35,527 bases of DNA. Source: a virus (Duplodnaviria; Heunggongvirae; Uroviricota; Caudoviricetes). Made by a program: the position numbers and the translations under genes. This document shows, piece after piece, positions 16,200-26,547 of the stretch. Each line of letters starts with the position of its first letter. Positions within the stretch are counted from its first letter, which is position 1. Under the pieces are notes generated by a model. The model made no database searches. It saw nothing but the letters and a program-made list of their open reading frames with translations, and was not told the origin of the DNA. The stretch lies in the IMG/VR virus record IMGVR_UViG_2654587540_000003. One strand, 5' to 3'.

Positions 16200-16550
16200 A
16201 TGCCCCCCCGAACTCCAAAAGCCTGCCGCGTTCGCGGCTGCCGTAATACCACGACAGACCCGTCAGGCTACTGCGAAAGCCACAAAAGCGAAGGCTGGAA
16301 GCAATACAAGTCAGGACAATCCCGTCATCAGCGCGGTTATGGTTCTAAGTGGGATGTTATCCGCGCGCGTGTCCTGAAGCGTGACAAAGGTTTATGTCAG
16401 TTATGTCTGCGTGCTGGTGTGGTACGTGAGGCGAAGACCGTTGACCACATCATCCCTAAAGCGCGTGGCGGCACTGATGCCGACAGTAATCTACAGAGCC
16501 TGTGTTGGCCGTGTCATAAGGCGAAGACGGCCCGTGAATGGCTGAAGTAA
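16200..16550 (+). CDS. HNH endonuclease (terminase-associated)
   Basis: Cys and His motifs (CRVRGC...DHIIPKARGG...CWPCH) directly upstream of the terminase small subunit. Confidence 0.8.
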   Translation: MPPRTPKACRVRGCRNTTTDPSGYCESHKSEGWKQYKSGQSRHQRGYGSKWDVIRARVLKRDKGLCQLCLRAGVVREAKTVDHIIPKARGGTDADSNLQSLCWPCHKAKTAREWLK

Positions 16551-16675
16551 GAACCAGCTCCCACTGCCAGAGGGGAGGGGCGGGTCAAATCCCTGTGACC
16601 TGACGTCTTCCGGACTGCCCGCCCCATCGTTTTTTTATACCCGCGAAAAATGAAATTTAACCAGGAGTGCCGCAT

Positions 16676-17170
16676 ATGGCTGGAACGGCGGGGCGTTCCG
16701 GGCGTCGCCCCAAGCCAACGGCGCGCAAGGCGCTGGCCGGAAACCCCGGCAAGCGAGCCCTGAATAAAGATGAACCTGTTTTTACGCCCATCAAAGGTGT
16801 TGAGCCACCGGAGTGGTTCGCAGAAGAAAATCTCCCTCTCGCCACGATCATGTGGCAACTGACAACCAAAGAACTCTGCGGTCAGGGCCTGTTGTGCGTG
16901 ACTGACCTCGCGGTGCTTGAGCGGTGGTGCGTGGCCTATGAGTTCTGGCGACGTGCCGTGAAAAATATTGCCATACAGGGCAACACCATCACCGGTGCAA
17001 TGGGCGGCAGGGTCAAAAATCCGGAGCTGACCGCCAAAAAAGAACAGGAGTCCGAGATGAGCAGCACGGGGGCAATGCTCGGACTCGACCCCAGCAGCCG
17101 CCAGCGTCTGATTGGCCTGGCGGGGCAGAAGAAAGCCACTAACCCGTTTCTGAAAATTATCGAATCATGA
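16676..17170 (+). CDS. Terminase small subunit (P27 family)
   Basis: [34 protein letters not shown] is typical of the P27 family. AGGAG ribosome-binding site. Confidence 0.8.
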   Translation: MAGTAGRSGRRPKPTARKALAGNPGKRALNKDEPVFTPIKGVEPPEWFAEENLPLATIMWQLTTKELCGQGLLCVTDLAVLERWCVAYEFWRRAVKNIAIQGNTITGAMGGRVKNPELTAKKEQESEMSSTGAMLGLDPSSRQRLIGLAGQKKATNPFLKIIES

Positions 17171-18900
17171 GCCGGAAATCTTACCCCAACGTAAATGCTG
17201 CAAATCAGTATGCCCGGGATGTCGTGCGCGGAAAGATTGTGGCCTGCCAGTTTGTGATTCAGGCCTGCCAGCGCCATCTTGATGACCTGATGGCGGAAAA
17301 AAGTAAGTCGTTTCGTTACCGCTTCGACAAGGACCTGGCTGAACGGGCCGCCAAATTTATTCAGCTGTTGCCGCATACCAAGGGTGAGTGGGCATTCAAA
17401 CGGATGCCCATCACGCTGGAGCCGTGGCAGCTATTTGTGATCTGCTGTGCGTTTGGCTGGGTCAATAAAGGCACCCGATTGCGCCGCTTCCGGGAGGTGT
17501 ATACCGAAATTCCCCGTAAGAACGGCAAATCGGCAATCTCTGCCGGTGTTGCCCTGTATTGTTTTGCCTGTGATAACGAGTTTGGCGCGGAAGTGTATTC
17601 CGGTGCCACGACAGAGAAACAGGCGTGGGAAGTCTTTCGCCCGGCGCGACTGATGTGTAAACGCACACCCATGCTGACGGAAGCGTTCGGGATTGAGGTT
17701 AACGCCTCAAACATGAACCGTCCGGAGGATGGCGCGCGGTTTGAACCGCTGATCGGCAACCCCGGTGATGGTTCATCACCCCACTGTGCCGTGGTTGATG
17801 AATATCACGAGCATGCCACCGATGCGCTTTATACCACAATGCTTACCGGGATGGGGGCGCGACGTCAGCCACTGATGTGGGCCATCACCACCGCCGGGTA
17901 CAACATTGAGGGGCCGTGCTACGACAAGCGGCGGGAAGTCATCGAGATGCTCAACGGCTCGGTGCCTAACGATGAACTGTTCGGGATCATCTATACCGTT
18001 GACGAAGGTGACGACTGGACCAACCCACAGGTGCTGGAAAAAGCCAACCCGAATATCGGGGTGTCGGTTTACCGTGAGTTTTTGTTAAGTCAGCAACAGC
18101 GTGCGAAAAATAACGCCCGTCTGGCAAACGTCTTTAAAACAAAACACCTCAATATCTGGGTGTCGGCGCGTTCGGCGTATTTCAACCTGGTGAGCTGGCA
18201 GAGCTGCGAGGATAAATCACTGACCCTTGAGCAGTTCGAGGGGCAGCCGTGCATTCTGGCCTTTGACCTGGCGCGTAAGCTGGATATGAACAGCATGGCG
18301 CGACTTTATACCCGCGAGATTGACGGTAAAACGCATTACTACAGTGTGGCCCCGCGTTTCTGGGTACCGTATGACACGGTGTACAGCGTCGAGAAAAATG
18401 AAGATCGACGGACAGCCGAACGCTTTCAGAAATGGGTGGAAATGGGCGTTCTGACCGTTACCGATGGTGCGGAGGTGGATTATCGCTACATCCTCGAGGA
18501 GGCCAAAGCGGCGAACAAAATCAGCCCGGTCAGTGAGTCACCCATCGACCCCTTCGGGGCGACCGGGTTGTCACATGACCTTGCTGATGAAGACCTGAAC
18601 CCCATCACTATCATTCAGAACTACACCAACATGTCCGACCCGATGAAAGAGCTGGAAGCGGCAATTGAATCGGGGCGCTTTCATCATGATGGCAATCCCA
18701 TCATGACCTGGTGTATCGGTAACGTGGTCGGCAAAACCATTCCGGGTAACGATGATGTGGTGAAGCCCGTCAAAGAGCAGGCGGAAAACAAAATCGATGG
18801 TGCAGTTGCGCTGATTATGGCGGTTGGCAGAGCCATGCTGTACGAGAAAGAAGACACGCTGTCTGACCACATTGAGTCCTATGGGATCCGCTCGCTTTAA
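17167..18900 (+). CDS. Terminase large subunit
   Basis: 577-aa ORF coupled to the small subunit gene, with an ATPase N-terminal region and a nuclease C-terminal region. Confidence 0.9.
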
Positions 18901-18911
18901 CTGAGGTAATT

Positions 18912-19094
18912 ATGATCATGCTGATTCTCGCGCCTCTGGTGGGCGTGCTGGGGGCGCTTTTGCTGGCGTATGGTGCCTGGCTGATTTATCCCCCGGCGGG
19001 GTTTGTTGTTGCCGGGGCGTTGTGCCTGTTCTGGTCGTGGCTGGTGGCGCGATATCTCGACCGTACACAGTCGTCTGTCGGCGGAGGTAAATAG
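18912..19094 (+). CDS. Small hydrophobic (membrane) protein
   Basis: 60-aa ORF with two hydrophobic segments between terminase and portal. Confidence 0.35.
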
Positions 19095-20335
19095 TGTTCT
19101 TTTCGGGATTATTTCAACGAAAAAGTGACGCACCGGTGACCACGCCAGCAGAGCTGGCGGATGCTATCGGGTTGTCCTACGACACCTATACCGGAAAGCA
19201 GATCAGCAGCCAGCGGGCCATGCGACTGACGGCGGTTTTTTCCTGTGTCAGGGTGCTGGCGGAGTCGGTCGGGATGTTGCCCTGCAACCTGTATCACCTG
19301 AACGGCAGCCTGAAGCAGAGAGCCACTGGTGAACGTCTGCATAAGCTGATCTCCACGCATCCCAATGGCTATATGACGCCGCAGGAGTTCTGGGAGCTGG
19401 TGGTCACCTGTCTGTGCCTGCGGGGAAACTTTTACGCCTACAAAGTGAAAGCATTTGGCGAAGTGGCTGAACTGCTGCCCGTCGATCCCGGCTGTGTGGT
19501 ACCGAAGCTTAACAGTAGCTGGGAGCCGGTCTATCAGGTCACATTCCCGGATGGCTCCACGGATGTACTGAGCCAGGAGGATATCTGGCATGTGCGCACG
19601 CTGACGCTGGACGGACTGGTGGGGCTGAATCCCATCGCCTATGCCCGCGAGGCAATATCGCTGGCGGCAGCGACCGAAGAGCACGGGGCCAGACTGTTCA
19701 GCAATGGCGCGGTGACGTCGGGTGTGTTGCGTACAGAGCAGACGCTGTCGGATCAGGCTTATGAGCGCCTGAAGAAAGATTTTGAGGAGCGTCACACCGG
19801 GCTTGGCAATGCTCACCGCCCGATGATCCTTGAGATGGGGCTGGACTGGAAGTCGATGGCGCTGAACGCCGAGGACAGCCAGTTCCTGGAAACCCGCAAG
19901 TTTCAGCTTGAAGAAATCTGTCGTCTGTTCCGTGTGCCATTGCACATGGTGCAGAACACCGATCGCGCCACCTTCAACAATATCGAAGAGCTGGGGCTGG
20001 GATTTATCAACTATTCACTGGTGCCGTATCTGACCCGCATTGAGCAGCGGATCAACACCGGACTGGTACGAAAAAGTAAGCAGGGCGTTTATTACGCCAA
20101 ATTTAACGCCGGGGCGTTACTGCGCGGGGATATGAAGTCCCGTTTTGAAGCCTACGCCACCGGGATCAACTGGGGAATTTACTCTCCCAATGACTGCCGC
20201 GACCTGGAAGATATGAATCCGCGTCCCGGTGGTGATGTCTATCTCACACCGATGAACATGACCACGAAGCCCTCCGATGGCAGTAAAGCCGGTAAGCAGA
20301 AGGATAACGCCAATGCAGACGAAACAACGTCTTGA
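19094..20335 (+). CDS. Portal protein (HK97 family)
   Basis: GTG start with GGAGG ribosome-binding site. Size and position between terminase and protease. Confidence 0.85.
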   Translation: MFFSGLFQRKSDAPVTTPAELADAIGLSYDTYTGKQISSQRAMRLTAVFSCVRVLAESVGMLPCNLYHLNGSLKQRATGERLHKLISTHPNGYMTPQEFWELVVTCLCLRGNFYAYKVKAFGEVAELLPVDPGCVVPKLNSSWEPVYQVTFPDGSTDVLSQEDIWHVRTLTLDGLVGLNPIAYAREAISLAAATEEHGARLFSNGAVTSGVLRTEQTLSDQAYERLKKDFEERHTGLGNAHRPMILEMGLDWKSMALNAEDSQFLETRKFQLEEICRLFRVPLHMVQNTDRATFNNIEELGLGFINYSLVPYLTRIEQRINTGLVRKSKQGVYYAKFNAGALLRGDMKSRFEAYATGINWGIYSPNDCRDLEDMNPRPGGDVYLTPMNMTTKPSDGSKAGKQKDNANADETTS

Positions 20336-20963
20336 TGTACCGCTGAGTCTGAAATCTGTCAGTGACTCCGGTGAGTTTGAAGGGTATGGCTCCGTCTTTG
20401 GTGTAAAGGACAGCCACGATGATGTGGTGATGTCCGGGGCATTTGCTGCTTCCCTGCGGGCGTGGAGTGACAGAAAAGCGTTACCTGCGCTGCTCTGGCA
20501 GCACCGCATGGATGAACCCATCGGTGTTTACACCGAAATGAAGGAAGACGATGTCGGGCTTTACGTCAGGGGACGGTTGCTTATTGATGATGATCCCCTC
20601 GCAAAACGCGCACATGCACACATGAAGGCCGGTTCGTTAACCGGCCTTTCTATTGGGTACGTCCTGAAAGACTGGGAATACGACCGGAGCAAAGAAGCCT
20701 TTCTGCTGAAAGAAATCGACCTCTGGGAAGTCAGCCTGGTGACGTTCCCGTCTAACGACGAGGCGCGGATCAGCGACGTCAAGAACGCACTGGCCCGCGG
20801 GGAAATCCCCGAACAGAAAAAAATCGAAAGAGTCCTGCGTGATGTCGGACTCTCCCGTACCCAGGCCAAAGCATTCATGGCCGGGGGCTATGGCGCACTG
20901 TCCCTGCGCGACGCTGAGGATGTGGGCTCTGCACTGAATGCACTGAAAAATCTGAACTTCTAA
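20313..20963 (+). CDS. Prohead protease (HK97 family)
   Basis: Start taken at MQTKQRL with AAGGA ribosome-binding site. Position between portal and capsid. Confidence 0.8.
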   Translation: MQTKQRLDVPLSLKSVSDSGEFEGYGSVFGVKDSHDDVVMSGAFAASLRAWSDRKALPALLWQHRMDEPIGVYTEMKEDDVGLYVRGRLLIDDDPLAKRAHAHMKAGSLTGLSIGYVLKDWEYDRSKEAFLLKEIDLWEVSLVTFPSNDEARISDVKNALARGEIPEQKKIERVLRDVGLSRTQAKAFMAGGYGALSLRDAEDVGSALNALKNLNF

Positions 20964-20977
20964 TCAGGAGAAATACG

Positions 20978-22183
20978 ATGGCGGTTGATATTAAAGATGT
21001 CGAACAGGTCGCGCAGGAGCTGCAGCAGAAGTTTGACGACTTCAAAGCAAAGAACGACAAGCGCGTGGATGCGATTGAGCAGGAAAAAGGCAAGCTTGCC
21101 GGGCAGGTGGAAACCCTGAACGGAAAACTCAGCGAGCTGGAAAACCTCAAAAGCGATCTTGAAAAAGAGCTGCTTGAGCTGAAACGTCCGGCAGGTGGTG
21201 CGCAAAATAAACTGACCACCGAGCATAAAGAAGCGTTTGTGGGCTTCCTGCGTAAAGGCCGTGAAGACGGTCTGCGCGATCTGGAGCGCAAGGCATTACA
21301 GGTGGGCACCGATGAAGACGGCGGCTATGCCGTGCCGGAAGCGCTGGATCGCAACATTCTGACCTTGCTGAAAGATGAAGTGGTGATGCGTCAGGAAGCC
21401 ACGGTGATCACCATTGGTGGTTCCGACTACAAAAAACTGGTGAATCTGGGCGGCACGGCTTCCGGATGGGTTGGCGAGACTGACGCGCGCTCCCAGACTG
21501 CCACCTCAAAACTGGGCCTGATTGAACCTTTCATGGGGGAAATTTACGGCAACCCGCAGGCTACCCAGAAAATGCTGGACGATGCCTTCTTCAACGTGGA
21601 GGCCTGGATCAACAGCGAGCTGGCAACCGAATTTGCCGAACAGGAAGAAATTGCCTTTACCTCAGGCGATGGCACCAAGAAGCCGAAAGGGTTCCTGGCG
21701 TATGAATCCACTGATGAAAACGACAAGGTCCGGGCGTTCGGCAAACTTCAGCATATTGTATCCGGCGAAGCGACCGCGGTGACCGCAGACGCCATTATCA
21801 AACTGATTTACACGCTGCGTAAGGCACACCGCACTGGCGCGAAGTTCATGATGAACAACAACAGCCTGTTTGCCATCCGTCTGCTGAAAGACACCGAGGG
21901 TAACTATCTGTGGCGTCCGGGGCTGGAACTGGGGCAGCCGTCCTCTCTGGCGGGTTACGGTATCGCTGAAAACGAACAGATGCCGGATATCGCCGCTGAT
22001 GCGAAAGCCATTGCATTTGGTAACTTCAAACGGGGTTACACCATCGTTGACCGTATCGGCACCCGCATTCTGCGTGACCCGTACACCAATAAACCGTTTG
22101 TCGGTTTTTATACCACCAAGCGCACCGGCGGGATGCTGGTCGATTCGCAGGCCATCAAACTGCTGAAGATTGCAGCGGCGTAA
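20978..22183 (+). CDS. Major capsid protein (HK97 fold) with N-terminal coiled-coil delta domain
   Basis: 401-aa ORF with strong AGGAGA ribosome-binding site, followed by a GC hairpin. Confidence 0.85.
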   Translation: MAVDIKDVEQVAQELQQKFDDFKAKNDKRVDAIEQEKGKLAGQVETLNGKLSELENLKSDLEKELLELKRPAGGAQNKLTTEHKEAFVGFLRKGREDGLRDLERKALQVGTDEDGGYAVPEALDRNILTLLKDEVVMRQEATVITIGGSDYKKLVNLGGTASGWVGETDARSQTATSKLGLIEPFMGEIYGNPQATQKMLDDAFFNVEAWINSELATEFAEQEEIAFTSGDGTKKPKGFLAYESTDENDKVRAFGKLQHIVSGEATAVTADAIIKLIYTLRKAHRTGAKFMMNNNSLFAIRLLKDTEGNYLWRPGLELGQPSSLAGYGIAENEQMPDIAADAKAIAFGNFKRGYTIVDRIGTRILRDPYTNKPFVGFYTTKRTGGMLVDSQAIKLLKIAAA

Positions 22184-22293
22184 TCACTCAGGGGCGTGGA
22201 ACCGCGCCCCCTGTTCTGACGGGTGAAGAATCATGATCCTGAAACAAGATCTGAAATGGTCACCGGACGGTATGCGTGTTGAGGTCATTCGGG

Positions 22294-22303
22294 NNNNNNN
22301 NNN
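22294..22303. other. Run of 10 ambiguous bases (assembly gap)
   Basis: Literal N characters in the sequence between the capsid and connector genes. Confidence 0.95.
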
Positions 22304-22345
22304 ACAAAAGAGAAAAAAAGCCACGACCAGTAAAGAGGGCTGAGT

Positions 22346-22669
22346 ATGCTTCTGACAATGGAAGAGATTAAAGCCCAACTCAGGCTGGATGAGGATTTCG
22401 ATGCTGATGACCGCCATCTGCAACTGCTGGCCTGTGCGGCGCAAAAGCGGACGGAAACGTATCTGAACCGGAAGCTCTATGCTCCGGATGAAACCATTCC
22501 GGACAGCGATCCGGACGGGCTGCACCTGCCGGATGATATTCGTCTGGGGATGCTGATGCTTATCAGCCATTTTTACGAAAACCGCTCGTCGGTTACGGAA
22601 GTGGAGAAACTCGACATGCCGCAGAGTTTTGGCTGGCTTGTCGGCCCGTACAGGTACTTTCCGCAATGA
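22346..22669 (+). CDS. Head-tail connector (gp6-like DNA packaging protein)
   Basis: Size and position immediately after the capsid gene. Confidence 0.65.
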   Translation: MLLTMEEIKAQLRLDEDFDADDRHLQLLACAAQKRTETYLNRKLYAPDETIPDSDPDGLHLPDDIRLGMLMLISHFYENRSSVTEVEKLDMPQSFGWLVGPYRYFPQ

Positions 22670-23076
22670 AAATTCGTCAGGCGCAGACCAGCGCAACCTA
22701 CATTCTGCCGGACCCCGGTGAACTGAATAAACGCGTCCTGATCCGCCAGCGGGTGGATATGCCCGCGGATAACTTTGGCGTGGAGCCTCAATACCCGGTT
22801 ACGTTCCGGACATGGGCGAAGGTTATCCAGACCAGTGCCACCACCTGGCAGGAAACCGCGCAGACCGGGGACGCCATCACCCATTACATCACCATTCGTT
22901 ACCGCCGGGGGATCACTGCTGATTATGAGGTGGTCTGTGATGACAGTGTGTACCGGGTGAAACGTCAGCGTGATCTGAACGGGGCGCGGCGCTTTCTGCT
23001 GCTGGAGTGTACGGAGCTGGGCGAATGTAGGCAGAGTCACGGAGGCAGCAATGGCGACTCCCTTTTTTCACGTTGA
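22666..23076 (+). CDS. Head closure / head-tail adaptor protein
   Basis: Translationally coupled to the connector gene; assignment by synteny. Confidence 0.55.
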   Translation: MKIRQAQTSATYILPDPGELNKRVLIRQRVDMPADNFGVEPQYPVTFRTWAKVIQTSATTWQETAQTGDAITHYITIRYRRGITADYEVVCDDSVYRVKRQRDLNGARRFLLLECTELGECRQSHGGSNGDSLFSR

Positions 23077-23557
23077 TGTTCAGCAGCCCGCCGAGATGCG
23101 CTTTAACCGCGCCCGTGTCCGGCGGGCGTTTGTCACGATTGGGCAGCGTCATATGCGTGATGCCCGTCGGCTGGTGATGCGCCGTGCGCGGTCGGCACCG
23201 GGTGAAAACCCCGGTTATCAGACCGGACGCCTGGCTCGTTCGATTGGTTACATGGTGCCGAGAGCCAGTAAAAAGCGAGCCGGTTTTATGACACGCATTG
23301 CCCCTAACCAGCGCAACGGGAAGGGGAACCGGATGATCTCTGGTGACTTCTATCCGGCGTTTCTGTTTTTTGGTGTCCGGGGAGGAGCAAAACGTCGTCG
23401 TAGTCATCATCGTGGTGCATCCGGTGGCAGCGGCTGGCGACTGGCTCCACGTAATAACTTCATGGTGGAAACTCTTGAAAAGAACCGCAGCTGGACACGC
23501 TATTTTCTGGCGCGGGAATTGCGTAAATCACTGAAGCCGGAGCGACGACACAGATGA
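23051..23557 (+). CDS. HK97 gp10-like neck/tail-joining protein
   Basis: Position in the neck module; assignment by synteny. Confidence 0.55.
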   Translation: MATPFFHVDVQQPAEMRFNRARVRRAFVTIGQRHMRDARRLVMRRARSAPGENPGYQTGRLARSIGYMVPRASKKRAGFMTRIAPNQRNGKGNRMISGDFYPAFLFFGVRGGAKRRRSHHRGASGGSGWRLAPRNNFMVETLEKNRSWTRYFLARELRKSLKPERRHR

Positions 23558-24114
23558 AACTGACGCCTGTTATTGCTGCGCTGCGTGCCCGCTGCCCGTA
23601 TTTTGAAAACCGGGTGGCAGGCGCGGCACAGTTCAAAAATCTGCCGGAGGTCGGAAAGCTGAGACTCCCGGCGGCGTATGTGGTACCGGGTGATGACTCT
23701 CCGGGAGAAAACAAAAGCCAGACCGACTACTGGCAGGAGCTGAAAGAGGGCTTCTCCGTGGTTGTCATACTGAGTAACGGGCGTGATGAGCGCGGTCAGT
23801 TTGCTTCGTATGATGTGGTGGACGATGTCCGGCAGATGCTCTTTAAGGCCCTGCTGGGCTGGAACCCGGAAGCGTGCGGTAACCCGATTACCTATGACGG
23901 CGGCACGCTGCTGGATCTGAATCGTCATGAGCTGATTTATCAGTTCGATTTTTCGGTCATCAGCGAGCTGACCGAAGACGATACCCGCCAGCAGGATGAC
24001 CTGAACAGTCTGGATGAACTGCGAACGCTGGCGATTGATGTTGATTATCTCGATCCCGGTAACGGGCCTGACGGCGATATCGAACATCACACCGAAATAA
24101 CCCTTCCTTCCTGA
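23554..24114 (+). CDS. Tail completion/terminator-like protein (Mu-type)
   Basis: Position immediately upstream of the sheath gene. Confidence 0.45.
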   Translation: MKLTPVIAALRARCPYFENRVAGAAQFKNLPEVGKLRLPAAYVVPGDDSPGENKSQTDYWQELKEGFSVVVILSNGRDERGQFASYDVVDDVRQMLFKALLGWNPEACGNPITYDGGTLLDLNRHELIYQFDFSVISELTEDDTRQQDDLNSLDELRTLAIDVDYLDPGNGPDGDIEHHTEITLPS

Positions 24115-24122
24115 GGATCCTC

Positions 24123-24290
24123 ATGTTTGTGAAACCTGTTAAAGGGCGGTCAGTGCCTGACCCTGCCCGCGGTGACCTTTTGCCCACCGAAGGGCGAAAT
24201 GTTGATGAGAACAACTACTGGCTGCGCCGTGAAGCAGCGGGTGATATCCGGCGCGTGAATAAAAAGGTGAACACCGATGACGATAAGCTT
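24123..24290 (+). CDS. Small conserved protein preceding the tail sheath (55 aa)
   Basis: ORF MFVKPVKGRSVPDPARGDLLPTEGRNV... overlapping the sheath start. Not in the ORF track. Confidence 0.45.
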
Positions 24291-25773
24291 TAACACCATT
24301 CCGTCGAATACGCTGGTTCCGCTGTTTTATGCGGAAATGGATAACCAGGCGGCGAATACTGCACAGGACAGCGGAGCATCGCTGCTGATTGGTCATGCCA
24401 ATAACGGTGCAGAGATTGTTGCCAACAGTCTGGTGCTGATGCCGTCGGCAGACTATGCACGCCAGATTTGTGGTGCGGGAAGTCAGCTGGCGCGTATGGT
24501 CGAGGCTTATCGCCAGACCGACCCGTTTGGTGAGCTGTATGTGATTGCCGTTCCTGAATCCACGGGCGCGGCGGCAACGGTTACGCTGACGGTGACCGGG
24601 GCGGCAACCGAAACCGGCACGGTTAATGTTTATGTGGGACGTACCCGCGTACAGGCACCGGTGACCAACGGCGATAACGTTGCGACGATTGCCAGCAGTA
24701 TCAAAGATGCCATCAATGCCGTTCCGGCCCTGCCGTTTACGGCTTCATCTTCGGCAGGCGTGGTCACACTGACCGCGCGTCATAAGGGGCTTTGCGGGAA
24801 TGAAATTCCTGTCAGCCTCAATTACTACGGGTTTGGTGGGGGCGAAGTGCTGCCAGCGGGCGTACAGATTGCCGTGGCGACGGGTACCGCCGGAACGGGC
24901 GCTCCGGTTCTCACCGGCGCGGTGGCTGCAATGGCGGATGAGCCGTTTGATTATATCGGCCTGCCGTTCAACGACACGGCCTCCGTTAACACGCTGGTGA
25001 CCGAGATGAACGATACCAGCGGTCGCTGGAGCTATGCGCGTCAGCTGTATGGTCATGTGTATACGGCAAAGATCGGCACGCTGTCAGAACTGGTGACCGC
25101 AGGTGACCAGTTTAACCAGCAGCACATTACCCTGGCGGGATACGAAAAAGACACTCAGACGCCAGCCGACGAGCTGGCGGCAAGCCGTACCGCCCGCGCA
25201 GCGGTGTTTATTCGCAACGATCCGGCACGTCCCACGCAGACCGGTGAGCTGGTGGGTATGCTGCCTGCGCCGAAGGGGAAACGGTTCACGATGACCGAGC
25301 AACAGACCCTGCTGTCTCATGGCGTGGCAACGGCGTATGTCGAAAGTGGGGTACTGCGCATTCAGCGTGATGTCACCACGTACAGGAAAAACGCTTACGG
25401 GGTTGCGGATAACAGCTACCTCGACAGTGAGACGCTGCATACCAGCGCGTATGTACTGCGCAAACTGAAATCCGTCATTACCAGTAAGTACGGGCGTCAC
25501 AAGCTTGCCAGTGACGGTACCCGCTTTGGTCCCGGTCAGGCGATTGTCACCCCGGCGGTGATCAAAGGGGAACTGCTGGCAACCTACCGTCAGCTCGAGC
25601 GTGCGGGGATCGTGGAAAACTACGAACTGTTTAAGCAGTACCTGGTTGTGGAGCGTGATGCCAGCGATCCGAACCGCCTGAACACGCTGTTCCCGCCTGA
25701 CTATGTTAACCAGTTGCGTGTCTTTGCCGTGGTTAACCAGTTCCGTCTTCAGTATTCAGAGGAGTCTGCATAA
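24277..25773 (+). CDS. Tail sheath protein (Mu gpL-like)
   Basis: 498-aa ORF followed by a 118-aa tube gene. Confidence 0.75.
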   Translation: MTISFNTIPSNTLVPLFYAEMDNQAANTAQDSGASLLIGHANNGAEIVANSLVLMPSADYARQICGAGSQLARMVEAYRQTDPFGELYVIAVPESTGAAATVTLTVTGAATETGTVNVYVGRTRVQAPVTNGDNVATIASSIKDAINAVPALPFTASSSAGVVTLTARHKGLCGNEIPVSLNYYGFGGGEVLPAGVQIAVATGTAGTGAPVLTGAVAAMADEPFDYIGLPFNDTASVNTLVTEMNDTSGRWSYARQLYGHVYTAKIGTLSELVTAGDQFNQQHITLAGYEKDTQTPADELAASRTARAAVFIRNDPARPTQTGELVGMLPAPKGKRFTMTEQQTLLSHGVATAYVESGVLRIQRDVTTYRKNAYGVADNSYLDSETLHTSAYVLRKLKSVITSKYGRHKLASDGTRFGPGQAIVTPAVIKGELLATYRQLERAGIVENYELFKQYLVVERDASDPNRLNTLFPPDYVNQLRVFAVVNQFRLQYSEESA

Positions 25774-26129
25774 TGGCCCGTATCGGGGGAACCTGTTATT
25801 TCAAAATTGACGGTCAACAGCTATCGCTGACCGGCGGCATTGAGGTGCCCATGAACAGGACGGTCAATGATGACATCATCGGCCTGGACGGTTCAGTGGA
25901 CCGCAAGGAAACTCACCGTGCGCCTTATGTCAAAGGGACTTTCAAGGTGCCGAAGAATTTTCCGGTGAACAAAATCACCTCGTCTGATGAGATGACTATC
26001 ACTGCCGAGCTGGCGAACGGTCAGGTCTATGTACTGTCGTCTGCCTGGCTGCACGGCGAAGCGAACCATAATGCCGAAGAAGGCACGGTTGATCTTGAGT
26101 TCCACGGTGAAGAAGGGGATTACCAGTAA
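25773..26129 (+). CDS. Tail tube protein
   Basis: Stop-start coupled to the sheath gene (ATAATG). Confidence 0.7.
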   Translation: MARIGGTCYFKIDGQQLSLTGGIEVPMNRTVNDDIIGLDGSVDRKETHRAPYVKGTFKVPKNFPVNKITSSDEMTITAELANGQVYVLSSAWLHGEANHNAEEGTVDLEFHGEEGDYQ

Positions 26130-26398
26130 TGAAAGAGCTTGAGTTAAAGAAACCGATTACTGCTCATGGCGAGACACTCTCCGTACTGGAGTTTGATGAG
26201 CCCACCGGGAAAGATGTCCGCGAGCTGGGGTATCCCTACCAGATGAATCAGGATGAGTCAGTCAAACTTCTGGCGCATGTGGTGTCGAAATACATTGTGC
26301 GGCTGGCGAAAGTGCCGCAAAGCTCTGTCGACCAGATGTCTCCGGCAGACCTGAATGCAGCGGCGTTGCTTGTGGCTGGTTTTTTCCTCCAGGCCTGA
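26129..26398 (+). CDS. Tail assembly chaperone (short form)
   Basis: Small ORF upstream of the tape measure gene, ending just after a slippery heptamer. Confidence 0.6.
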   Translation: MKELELKKPITAHGETLSVLEFDEPTGKDVRELGYPYQMNQDESVKLLAHVVSKYIVRLAKVPQSSVDQMSPADLNAAALLVAGFFLQA

Positions 26399-26547
26399 CG
26401 GCTGAATACCTCACTGATCGCTTCTTTGACTGCGCCAGCTACTGGCGCATTAATCCTTTCGAATTGCTGAATATGCCGATCAGTGAAATTCCCTTACTGG
26501 TCAGTCAGGCAAACAGGATAGAGCAGGAGAAACGCACACATGGCTGA
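26380..26547 (+). other. Programmed -1 frameshift site (T_TTT_TTC at 26380-26386) and -1 frame extension of the chaperone, open to the tape measure start
   Basis: Slippery heptamer in the zero frame. The -1 frame is open for 162 nt across the apparent gap and stops at 26545-26547, overlapping the tape measure ATG. Confidence 0.5.

Noticed and set aside
19109-19945. 278-aa minus-strand ORF antisense to the portal gene
   Set aside because: Lies wholly inside a well-supported portal gene on the other strand. Arg/Gln-rich composition typical of antisense frames in GC-rich coding DNA. No ribosome-binding site.
20875-21309. 144-aa Ser/Arg-rich minus-strand ORF antisense to the major capsid gene
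   Set aside because: Low-complexity translation, antisense to a strongly supported structural gene.
23500-24090. 196-aa minus-strand ORF across the tail completion gene
   Set aside because: Antisense to translationally coupled plus-strand structural genes; no start signals.
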